From Utricularia gibba (Eukaryota; Plantae; Magnoliophyta), in the NCBI GenBank assembly GCA_002189035.1, contig CM007989.1, positions 496,001-560,000 of the forward strand: a DNA stretch of 64,000 nucleotides, given 5' to 3'. The translations under genes and the position numbers were made by a program. The notes under the pieces were generated by a model. It worked only from the letters and a program-made list of their open reading frames with translations. It had not been told where the DNA came from and made no database searches. Position 1 is the stretch's first letter. The number at the start of each line of letters is the position of its first letter. Of this stretch, positions 40,551 through 52,408 are shown piece by piece.

Positions 40551-41219
40551 TAATATACTTTGTTTAGCAAGCTCCACGCAAGAACTCCTACCTAAGACAA
40601 CCGAAAAAAAAAATCGATTTCACAGAATGAGATCCAAAATAAACACCACATGTGACAAAAAAATCAGAAAATTTCAGGCGGATCCCAACAAACACAGAAA
40701 CCAAAGCAGGGGTTGTGCAATCTTACCTGATCGGGGAAAGGAGGCAAAATAACCTAGAGGTGGCTTACAACCAGTTGAATAACGATGTAGAAGAGGAAGA
40801 TCAAAGTGGAACCGGCCGCTCTTTATAGAATGGAAGGAATCCAGATAGCGGGTCCAGGCAAGAGTTCTAGAAAATTCGGCTGTCAATAAAGATAGATAAA
40901 AAAACGGATATGGCTACATACAGCCTGTGGCTATGGCGTCCAATCAACGCCATCCCTCATTTACGCCGCCCAATCCTCCATTATCATGCCGATCTTCAAC
41001 TCAAGGAATGTTCCGAAATGGATTTGTTCTGGAAACAAAAATCTCTTTTTGCTGCTTCCTTCCTTTAGCCGTACGTCGTCACATTCGTTTTTTCAAAAAG
41101 CTTGCGCCTTTTTCTGGCGATCTCGGTTCATGGAGTCAACTTGTAAAGAGGCTTCGAATCAGTAAACGGGCCGGACGGTTAAGGCCCAGGCCCAATTTCA
41201 TTTTGTTTCCTATATAATA

Positions 41220-42200
41220 TCGCAAACACTGCGATTCTCGTTCTTCAGGGTACGGATTTAGGCTTGGGGAGGAGTAAGTTTCGTGTTTTTTTCTCCTCTT
41301 CTTTGATCGGCGATCTCTTTATCTATATGTTGATTACATGATCGGTTTTTTGGTGTGAATTGTATGTTTCCTTCATCTTCGCAGTCGCATTCAGTGGAGG
41401 GATGCTTTATAGCGCCTGCGATATGCTACCGTCTGATTAAAAACAATTGCATGTAACAGTACGTGACAAAGTTTTCTGGGAAGGATGATTTCCATCTCAG
41501 GGTTAGGTTCATCCTGTTCATGTGCTTTGTATCAACAAGATGCTTCCTTGTGGTGGAGGGGATAGGCTCCTGACTGGCATGAGAGGCGCCTTCGGTAATC
41601 CTCGGGGCACTGTCCTCGTGTGGCCATCCATCAAGTTCTTCTCTCTGTCCGCTGCAAGGATGCTGCTGGTAATAATGCCTAGGAGGCTGCCCGCTTCGTG
41701 CCAAGTTCAAGTTCCCCGGTAGAAAGACAGATCATTGTCAACAGAAAATGGTACATTCTTGACCTTGCTCTGTTACATTTTATACGACCCACGTTACAGT
41801 AGCTCGAAAAAACATGCACTATGCTACCCCAATGCTGTTTTTAACATTGAGTCAGGTGTGTATCCTTCAGGTGTTTCACTAAATTCAACGGGAATGATTA
41901 CATTAAGTGGAAATCAGAGAACCAGATTGCACCGGGTGGTGTTAACGGCAAGGTTGTTCATTCAAACACCTTGTCCTTTTCTCAATTTTTGGTTTGCTTT
42001 TGTAAAAAAGGTAGCTGGAGTTTGTGTATTCCTTTTTGCAGCGTTTTGGATGTCATGGCCCGTTGGCCGACAGACGCTTTGGAAAGACCCGCTGTTTCAC
42101 ATCACTCATTCTACATCCCTGTTAAGTCTAGGCAACTTTGATCTTCCCTTCTTGTGGATACATTTTCTAGTGGAATGCATCACTGTTAGCCAAATCTTCT
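41220..42200 (+). ncRNA. Candidate non-coding Pol II transcript (snoRNA host or structured RNA)
   Basis: Site II motifs (GGCCCA twice, ~41182-41194) and TATATAA (41211) point into a region with no recognisable ORF. GTAAGT donor at 41274, TTCGCAG acceptor ending 41384, a ~120-nt hairpin at 41542-41663, and ACA/H-box-like motifs downstream. Family not identified. Confidence 0.45.
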
Positions 42201-42428
42201 CCCCTCTTCGACTCCTGATTTAATCCCCATCAACTTACAGAGAAAGAAATAAATCCAATACTTAATCAGGTTGATTGATACAGGAAGCACAACACTACTC
42301 TGGTAAGCTGTAAAGAACGAACGAGTTCTACAATATGGCTACTGGCTTCATCATCTGTCAAGTCTTGATAGAAATGTATATAGGATACGGACGATATTTC
42401 ACAAGCAATCCAGTGCCCATCTTCCTGC

Positions 42429-44393
42429 CTACCAGCTGGTCTTTGGGCGCTTTATTCCACTGGTGCTGAAGGGAGAAACACTGCCGCTTGGCTGGGGGCT
42501 TTCTTCTCCCACATTCCTCAGCATTGCAAGCTCCCTCAGCTGCTCTCTTTTGTATACATCCTGAGACTCGTCCTGCATCTCAGCCATCAAAGACTTAGCT
42601 GCATGGAAGGAGCAAAACACAAGCAAAAGCAGCATCAGAACATACCACAGGCTTGAGCAGATCTTCAATGATTTCCTTTGCTTGTTTCAGCCTCAGCTCT
42701 ACGACACTCGCCGGAACTTGCACCGCTTCGGCTTCGATCAGAATATGCAACGGCTCGTTGAGGTGCTCATATCCTGGTTTACCCCTCAGAGTCTCCTCCT
42801 TCAGTGATCAAAGTCATTACCAGTGAGAAGAATTCAGCTAAAACTGCTTATTTTGACCTGTTTCAGGAACCATTACCTTCTCCACGTCCTTCACTGAACC
42901 TCTTCCCCGGATAAAAACGCGACAGCCAGTGGATGCCTCCACTCGCTTGAGGGAATTGCCTCGGGGACCAAGAAGCCGCCCCACGAAGTTAAACTGTTGA
43001 CAAGTAGTCAATCAACCAGCCTTAGTTCCAGAAAATGATCAAGAAGCACAGGGGTAGAATGCACTGTCAGGAACATACATTGGGGTACACATCCACAGGG
43101 ATATCAAGCCGTAGTGTTCTCTTCACAGGGAAGGAACTTGGACTCCCGGGTGGCCTCCAGTCCATGGACATTCCCTCAAGACCACTTAACCGCTGCTAGC
43201 AAGATTCTCAGGTTTAGTTTAGTCAAGGCACCATGGATAACTACTTGATGATGCAAGTGTGATAATGAATGAAGTTTTTCCTCACCTCTGATTGAAGACC
43301 ACTCCAGCCATTCCAGTTCAAGCTGCCAGCTCCAGCACTAGGAGCCATCACATCTAAGGAAGATAAGGCACTGGGACTACCCAGCTGTAGTATGTCGTAG
43401 TTGCTGAATGCATGGTTTGAGATTCTTCCAGAAACTCTCATTATTTCTGCAAATTGACAGATAGTTCACATTCCAGAATGAAAGGGAAACCGAAGTGTGT
43501 AGCACAGAAGTAGAACGACAGTCATTTACTAGGCTGGATCCTACTTACGGTTTGATCATTTGCATAGAAACAGCAGTGAAGCTAAGGAATCTGTCTAATG
43601 CAACTTCAGAGTTCAAAAGGAGTGCAAGAATCCTTTCTAATGAACAAGATCAGCATCTCATAAAAATGGGAAATCTTGTTTGTCTACAAAAACACACTAA
43701 CACAAGCCTAAATTCGACTAAGAAAGTGTTAGAGTACAAGTGCACTTCATATTAAGAAAAACGAGTTGACGGCAATAATCACAACATTCCAAAAGGACAA
43801 TTCAGCTCTGCTGCGAACAGGGAAAAAGTAAAACACCACAGCTAGAAAGCTTTTGTATCATTAAACACACGGCTTGAGACTCAACGCTCCCTACCAAACA
43901 GCAACCACCACCAGTACTTATAATTCTTGTGCAAGTGATAAGGTTGAATAGTAAATATAATTAAATTTTTTTGATGAGAAGAGAAGGGTGATTCAATCAA
44001 TTCGAACTGAATTAAACATCAAAAGGAATCAGGGGCACAGCTAACAAAAATGTCTGTGAAAATTGAGGTAGCAGAGCCAGAAGCATTAATGGAGTGCCTG
44101 AAATTCTGAAAGCAGATGCGAAAGTTAATCTGCAAAACTAACCTTGGTCCAAAAGACGACTGCAAAATGGAAGAACTTGCATGAACGGCGCAAGCTTCTG
44201 CCTTTCAGATAGCAACTCAGCCAAATACTGGCTGCAGCGAATCCACGCCACATCAGTAACCCAAAATCTTGAACCAGAAACATTAGAATAAACACCCCAA
44301 TTACCTCTCGACATCGGAGTTACTCCTCGGATGAGGAGAAGGGATGCTCCTTGCAGGCGAATAGTTCGGATTTTGAGGGTATAAATTAGCCAT
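42429..44393 (-). CDS. STAR/Quaking-like KH-domain RNA-binding protein
   Basis: [59 protein letters not shown]; [33 protein letters not shown]; [15 protein letters not shown]; [12 protein letters not shown]...[17 protein letters not shown]. Confidence 0.93.
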
Positions 44394-45747
44394 GGTTTCA
44401 GAACATGTATAAGGGAAGCCCTCGACAATCTACCAACGAAAGAAGGGAAGATACATAGTCAGCAAGTATTGAAAAAGAGAATCTTGCATCGTAAAAAGGT
44501 AAGGAGTGAATCAAATCAGGAAACGAACTAGACTCTTGTTCTGTTTTTCCTTTCCACTCCGACAGCGGACACTGGTATGGAAACCCTGCTGGTACAGGAG
44601 GGACACCGTAAAAACACAAAAAGAATCGAGGAAAAGGGGCACCCTTTTTCCAAGCTTTGATGAACTGGAAGAGGGTCGAATAGCAGTGGTGGCAAACAGA
44701 GAATCCATCAAGGCTTGACGCCTTTTCCCAGGTCAAAATTCGATTTTCACCACGATTCATTTTACAACTTACAGCAAGAGTACAGTTTACCTGGTGACAG
44801 TGTTTTGTACATGGGGTGGCGGTAGATGAGACAAGAGCTATTCCGCGGGTCGAGGCTTCAATGCAGTTCGCCAAATGCCAGCGATGGTTTCCTTTAACGC
44901 CATCTTCTACTTCTCTGTGCCCGGACCGTAAAATCAGGCGTTTCATAATCCGTGACCCCTACACCTCCATCCACCATCGTTTCCATTCTTTTGCAACTCC
45001 AGCGTTCACAATGATGCATCCAAAAACCCATACCCCAGCAACTCCACTGTTCATAAAGACACATCCAAAAACCCATTACCCAACACGTTCTTGATCCCCT
45101 TTCTAATCCCAAAACTCCCATTCATCGATCACCAAGCAACAAACAAGCATCATAGGTCACTTGTCTTCCCTGATAGCCTATTATATTGACCATTATCACA
45201 TGAACTCCCTCAAATTATTCTCCTTATACTCTGCAATAATTTCAAGTATCCCCAGTAGCTCCTAACCGTTCACATGGGGTATACCTACCCCTAGTTTGAT
45301 TACCTCCATTTATTTGTTTTATTACATTGATCTTGTTGTTTCGTATCTGGAAAATTCATTGCAACGCCAACTTATGAAATTATGAGGTGCCCATTTTAAA
45401 GACATTTAACTAAAGGGTCACCCTTAGTGCCATTAAATAAGTCATAAAGGATCTGCTCTAGAACACACATGTTCTTGGACAAGAAACTAAGGGGAAAAAA
45501 TTGTAATAAATACCATTGAATAATTTAATTTCCTTTTTCTTTTTCTTTGTAGCTGTTAGTTGAGTCTCTGTTATGTCACTTTTGCCTGTACTTATTCAGC
45601 TGTTGGTTGAAACTTGAAAATCTGATTGAACTGAACGACAAGTGCTGCTGCAATCGCAGAGATCAAATTCTTCACCCCAGGGATCAAAGCAAAGAAAGAA
45701 TTGAATGGAATGGAAAAAAAGTGCTACTGATAAGGAGGTGAATTCGG

Positions 45748-46672
45748 CTACGGTACAAACTCTGTTTCAATCGCTGGCCTTGTCCGAGTCTCCGCCGCTA
45801 CCGGTGCCTTCGTGCCACCCACGTTGGTCATCGGTAAGGGGACTCCCCCTTCTGCGGCCGCTTCCATTTGCCGGATCTTCTTCCGCCGGAGGCAGCCTAT
45901 TAAGAATGAAATGGTGACTGCTAATAGAACAAGCAGTGCTAGTCCCCGATCACTGAGCCAAGGATAATCCACAATCTCCGGTTGTTACCGGTGCGATGCT
46001 CCGGATAAGGAGGAGGGGGAGGAGGAGGAGGAGAGGTGGCAGGAGGAGGGAAAGTGAGGATTCAGTGACAATGGAGAAATGGCCTTGGTTATTAGTCAAG
46101 CAACTGTTTTGATTCACCACATCACTGAGTTCAAGAGAGCCATTCAAGCTAAAGTAAGCACACATAGATGGGGATCCATGGTGAAGAACCAAATCTGAGA
46201 ATGTGACTGAAATGGGCTGATTCAAAGCTCGAATGTCGAGCAGGGGTAAGTTCTGAGCAGACAAATTAGAGGCATCATAAGCTAAAACAGCAATAACAGG
46301 GGACAAGAAGGTGTGGCCAGGAGGCAAATGGTAGTAGTAAGAAGACCAGTTACCCAAATTTAGGTACACCAGAGCGAGTCTCTCAACATAGGGATGAACC
46401 ACAACGCCCGCCGGAATGTTAAACTCGTGGTACCCAGAAAACCCCCTCCGCCACAAACTGCCGCTCCTCAACCGCAGCGCCGCCACCCGAATGCCGGTCA
46501 AATTGGAAGGGGACTGTCCTTCATAAACAGTTCCAGTCCTTGGCCTGGCAAAAGCCCTAAAGGCGTAATCTTGAAGCAGAGTATCAAGCTCATTTCTAGG
46601 AACTAGATCTCCAGAGTGTTGACCAGAAACCAGATGAAGAAGAAGAAGAAGAAGTAGAAGAACGAGGAGCAT
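45748..46672 (-). CDS. DUF1191 family single-pass membrane protein, intronless; two apparent 1-bp frameshifts
   Basis: Signal peptide MLLVLLLLLLLLHLVSG; LDTLLQDYAFRAF; GIRVAALRLRSGSLWRRG; PYVERLALVYLNLGNWS. The Pro-rich linker, TM segment and C-terminal MTNVGGTKAPVAAETRT are recovered after adding one base at ~46050 and one at ~45945. Confidence 0.88.
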
Positions 46673-48120
46673 TGATAGAAAAACAGATGGCCCAGGATTC
46701 AGAAGCCTTTTTCTCCAGACAGAAAGCAAGATAACAAAAACTCCTCGCCACCCATGTGGATTCAGAGCTGCTACAGTAGAAATGCAGATCAAATGACCTC
46801 AGATTCGCCGAAAACACCCATAAAAACTTGCTCTTTTCTTGGCATCACAGAGATTCCTGCTCCCGGCCCCCAAAGTGAAGGTTAAAAAATAAATAAATGA
46901 AAAAGAAAAAGGCAAGGCAACAAATAAATAAATGGCGAAGCAACCAACCCAACCCACAGCTGTGCTCCGGGCGCCCCCCACCGGAGATTCTTCAAATTCG
47001 TTTATACTAAAACACCTAGCCAATAACAGCACTCCACGTCAGCATCTAACGGAAAATAGAAAAATAATAAATGAGATATTGCTATAACAATCGCATTGAT
47101 GTGACCCCCAATTTATTTATTTATAGCAATTTAGAAATTAAGCGACGCGTGTGATTTGATCATTAAGACACGAGATAACGACCGGCGACTTCAAACCGTA
47201 TTTTTTCCTATGAAAATTAAAATCTTAAAAAAAAGTCAATAATCATTTTTCTAAAAGCAACTTTTTCTCTATTATTAAATTAAAATTAGTTTCTTTTCCG
47301 TATAAACCGTCAATTTAATACACACAACTTTATCCAATCCCATCATCATATTGTCTCTACGAGAATAATCATTTTTTTAAACCATAAATTTATTATTATA
47401 ATTAGATTCCAAAAACTAATTTCTCCATATTCAATTTTACAAAAAAAAAAAAAAAGAAAGGAAGAAGAAATTGGAAGCATAAGAATTGTACCTTGTGGGT
47501 GGTGCAGTGTCGCATGAATTTCACCTAGGTATAGAGTAGATAAACCTATGCCTATAATCGATAGTAAGATAAACCTCAACCAGAACGTTGAGTTTTCAAG
47601 GGAGAAATGAGGATCTAATCCAAGAATAGATGAAAAAACCTTAAACAAATACCATATTGAGATAAGGAGAGAAGTTCTATAAATTTAATTAAAATTTATT
47701 ATTAAATATCAAAATTGAGTTCATTTCATTAGAATAATAATCTTTTTCAAATAGTTTAAATATAATTAATAAATCATTAAACTCAATTCAGTACATTATA
47801 GAAAATTTAATCCAACTACGTAATTAAATAAAAGAATTAATCCACACGGTGAGTGAAATATCATCAGCCCCAGGCCCAAGATCGTGGGCGTTAATTTGCG
47901 GGCTTATTACAGATGGCTACGGCCCAAACTTATGATCGGAATGATTTTTTTTTATTTTTTTTTGAAAAAATATGCTTATTTCTTTAATTTAAAAAAGAAA
48001 TAAAATACCACTGATTTCCTTACCTTCATCCTCCTTATCGCTTCCTCTACCATACAGGATGGATCTCTTCATTCTTCCGCCAAGTGGCTTCATTTCCATT
48101 GTATTTCCTCTGCACGTAAC

Positions 48121-49002
48121 ATGGCGGCGGCGACTGCGGCGACTTGCTCGTTTCAGGGCACGCTTCTGCTTTCAGCCAACCAGAAACACAGACAGATAGC
48201 ACTCATCTCCATCAATGATGGATGGACAAGAAGAGCAAACAGGAAGCTTTTAACAAAATGTAGCAGAACCTTGGGGGATTTCATCGGTGGAGATCTCATC
48301 AGGCCGGATTTGGGAAGATGGTTATCGGACGTCGAGGAGCACAAGGCCATCGCCATTTACTCTCCACACGAGGGAGGGTATGAGGGCCGGTACCTCACAC
48401 GCCTCAAGTACAATGGATACCATTTCTTGAGCCTGTCAGCCCGAGGACTGGGCGATCCAGAGACTACCCTCACCAAGCTTCATCCAGTTTGCCCTGTAAG
48501 TATGCGTCAAGACAAAAATTACACATCTAGCATAGCTTATTATACATAGCACAGGATCATTTCCAGCATACACAAGATGCTTTTAGATAAGGCGAATGAA
48601 AGATGTCTTTCCTCACCAGAGAATGATTTTTTTTTTTTTTTTTTTTTGCTTCAGCCTAATCTGGGGAAGCAACCGATAGCCAGGTGGTATTTCCCTCCAG
48701 AGGTTGATTATAGGCTGTCCTTGCTTCCTCCAAATGCCAAAGGGCTGGTGGTCTGGATAATTGAAGCAAAGGTTTGCAGTTCCCAATATGTTGCTGCATG
48801 AAATGAATGGTATAACAGGAAAAGATAAATGCGTTACTGCTATATGTTTCAGGTGTTATCTAAGGCGGAGTTGCAGTTTCTTTCTATACTTCCATCACTG
48901 CGGCCACAAGTCAGGGTCATCGCAGAATGCGGCAACTGGAGAAAATTCATGTGGAAACCGCTGAAAGAAATTGCTGGACTGCCACCTACAGAGGAAACAT
49001 AG
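48121..49002 (+). CDS. ndhN: Chloroplast NDH complex subunit N (nuclear-encoded)
   Basis: Exons 48121-48495, 48655-48771, 48853-49002. Transit peptide, then DFIGGDL...LAIY-like KAIAIYSPHEGGYEGRYLTRL...LSARGLGDPETTLTKLHPVCP, GLVVWIIEAKVLSKAELQFL, RVIAECGNWRKFMWKPL. Confidence 0.95.
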
Positions 49003-49334
49003 TTGTTTCAATTACAAAGATATGAGTCTAAAATGTACTTAGAATCTGCTTATGGGGGAAAAAAAAATGTTACAGTGGGTGTTGCTCATAGACTTGAAAA
49101 TTGAGAATCATGAGCGGGGAGCTGCCTTCGTCACTATAATCATTTAAAAGAGCAGGGTTTGTACAATACTGTGAAAATGGAATTCTAGGAACACAGATGG
49201 CAATTGCTGAATTCCTTAAATGATTAGTTCCAGTCACCCCGAAATATACTGTAAAGTTGACCTTCAACCATGCTGAACAACTATGGTAATATTAAATAAT
49301 TACTTTGGGTGAAACAATCACACATCTATCACAA

Positions 49335-50459
49335 TCAAACTTTGGTCTGTCTTATTCTCCTTCCCTTGTGATCACAGCATCTTTTATTTCTTCCAACAGG
49401 TTTGTTTTGGCAATAAGCGCCATCTTCCAACAGGAATCCACATGTGTTACTACCACTGCAACAATGTTTGCCCATTTTTCTCTGTTTCATGTTTTCCTCC
49501 TCCGGGAAATAAAGGGATGGAATCAAGCTCGGATTGTCACTCTTTGCACCAGAAACGGTGGCATGGAATTCTGTCTCTTTATCCAACTTGAGCACGTAGC
49601 CATTGACTTTCATTCCCTTGTGCATTAGACATCTTTTCCTTCCCTTAACCGGTTGAGCTTTACAAATGGATCCCTTTCCCAAAGAAACTCCACAAATATC
49701 TGCTGGAGGATCATCACGACTACATTGCTGGACCCTCCTTATCCTGAATATCGTTGATGTATAACGGGTTTTACCCATATTATATGCATTAGGCTGGCTA
49801 GGCCTTATTTTGATTCCCACTTTCCTCCAATTCAAGTAAAAGGAAGTAGCTTTTTTTACGAGACGAGAAAACTTCGACGCATCTGCAAGGCAGTCAAGTT
49901 TCTTGCAGATATCACCATGGCGGCGTACACCGTTATTTCCCTTGTTCCAAGCATAATCAAATTTCTCCAACAACCGTTTCTCAGTCATCTCAGCATCCGT
50001 CTTGCTATTCATAGGAGCACACCTATAAACAATTGGAAAGCCTCTAGAGAATACATCTGTAAACAACCTAAGAGCCTTATCAGTAGATTCACATTCACAG
50101 TGGCTAGGTGCACTCTCCAAATGAGCACCATCCCTGCCATACCTCTGCAGCCTATTCCTCAAGTTATCAGCTTGACCAATATAAACACAAATTACAGAGC
50201 TAGAATGCAGTTTCCGTGCTCCCTTCCCCAATCGTGGGTGTGAAGTAGCTATTCCAAGCTCATAAACTCCAGAACAAGAAATCCAGTTTGGAAGGTTTTG
50301 TGTCCTGTACCGTTCAGCTCCTTCTTTCCCCTTCAAATGATCATCCCAGTCTGATTCTCCTATAAGAATTTTCCATGGAGAGAAAGCAGAGTCGTGCTTG
50401 GTTTGCTTGAAATCTTCTCTCCGGAGCCTGGTGCTGGTGGTTGCCGCTGGAACTCCCAT
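49335..50459 (-). CDS. EFFECTOR OF TRANSCRIPTION (ET/HRT) protein with GIY-YIG domain and Cys/His repeats; intronless CDS, 374 aa
   Basis: RLRREDFKQTKHDSAFSPW; GVYELG...VYIGQADNLRNRLQRYGR; E..LL..FDYAWNKG; two ET repeats CGVSLGKGSICKAQPVKGRKRCLMHKG and CGFLLEDGAYCQNKPVGRNKRCCDHKG. Probable 5'UTR intron ~51010-50480. Confidence 0.9.
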   Translation of the reverse strand: MGVPAATTSTRLRREDFKQTKHDSAFSPWKILIGESDWDDHLKGKEGAERYRTQNLPNWISCSGVYELGIATSHPRLGKGARKLHSSSVICVYIGQADNLRNRLQRYGRDGAHLESAPSHCECESTDKALRLFTDVFSRGFPIVYRCAPMNSKTDAEMTEKRLLEKFDYAWNKGNNGVRRHGDICKKLDCLADASKFSRLVKKATSFYLNWRKVGIKIRPSQPNAYNMGKTRYTSTIFRIRRVQQCSRDDPPADICGVSLGKGSICKAQPVKGRKRCLMHKGMKVNGYVLKLDKETEFHATVSGAKSDNPSLIPSLYFPEEENMKQRKMGKHCCSGSNTCGFLLEDGAYCQNKPVGRNKRCCDHKGRRIRQTKV

Positions 50460-51288
50460 GCAAAGCAGTCTCGTGTCTTGTAAAAAATGTGAGATAAATA
50501 TATGCAGGTTAAAAAAAAGTATCCGTACTCAACGTTCCCTATATTTCCTTCTTCATCCCACACGCTGTCTCCAACGTCTGTATCTACAACAGGAACTCAA
50601 TAGATCAGTTCACATCTATAACCTCTCATACGGATCATCCGGGCGTAGACTATGCTACCACAATAGGCTGGATAGTGTAACTTCCCAATGAAAATTCAGC
50701 ATTTAAAGGTTTTTCCTGGATACACCCAGGAAGTAATGCAGTCCATCTTCCTCCGAAATGAAATAAAGATCGGGATCCATTCACTTGAGTTGCCTACGCT
50801 ATTCCTAACGAACTTCGGTAACAGATCAGCACTTGTATTATTTACCCCACTTCTCCATCGCAGATTCTATTTTACAGCACACGCTTTACTTCAAATCTGA
50901 AACTCACAGAATTGGTTCGATATAGCAGAGCATTCACCTGTGGTGTAAATTCAATAGGCAGAAACATACGGTTAATATCAGACGATGCAAGGTGTCCAAG
51001 GCAAATAACCTTTTTCAGAAGATCAAGGGAGGGGAGTTCTCATGACCGCAAGACGACGGCGGAGGAAACGAAAAACGCCTCCGGGAGCGGGACGAAGTTT
51101 TTTTTCCTTTTTCTATTTATTTTGTTACATATATTTTCTTGTAGTTTATTTCTTTAAAAATCGCTTTTTTTTTTTTTTCTATCCGCGGCCCGAAAGAGAA
51201 AAACCCTTGAGCCCACAACTGCTCCAATTTAAGGTTCCTCTTCTTGGGAAATTCTCAGCACTGCGCTGCGGCGGCTGCGACACCAACA

Positions 51289-52148
<860 letters not shown>

Positions 52149-52408
52149 TTTTCCTGAAGCTTTGTGGTTCTTTAGCCCCAAATTGATGTTGGTTTGCTGC
52201 TTTCAAGACTTCTATTATGCATTGCGTTGGTTTATCAAGAAAGATTTACCTTCCGGATGTGAGTGTATCAGAAAATGTTGTCACAAGTTTATATTGTGGA
52301 CATCTTTCATTTCAGTCTCATATAATTCCTATGCTCCGTTCACTGATCACACATCCAAAACTGTGATAAATACTGGAATCCAGTCAAGAGTAAATATTTA
52401 CTGAGTCT

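Noticed and set aside
41390-41420. GGAGGGAT...AGCGCC resembling miR390
   Set aside because: The match is interrupted by a 7-nt insertion and there is no miR390 precursor hairpin.
41757-41768. TTCTTGACCTTG identical to the first 12 nt of tasiR-ARF (TAS3)
   Set aside because: The match stops at 12 nt and there are no flanking miR390 target sites.
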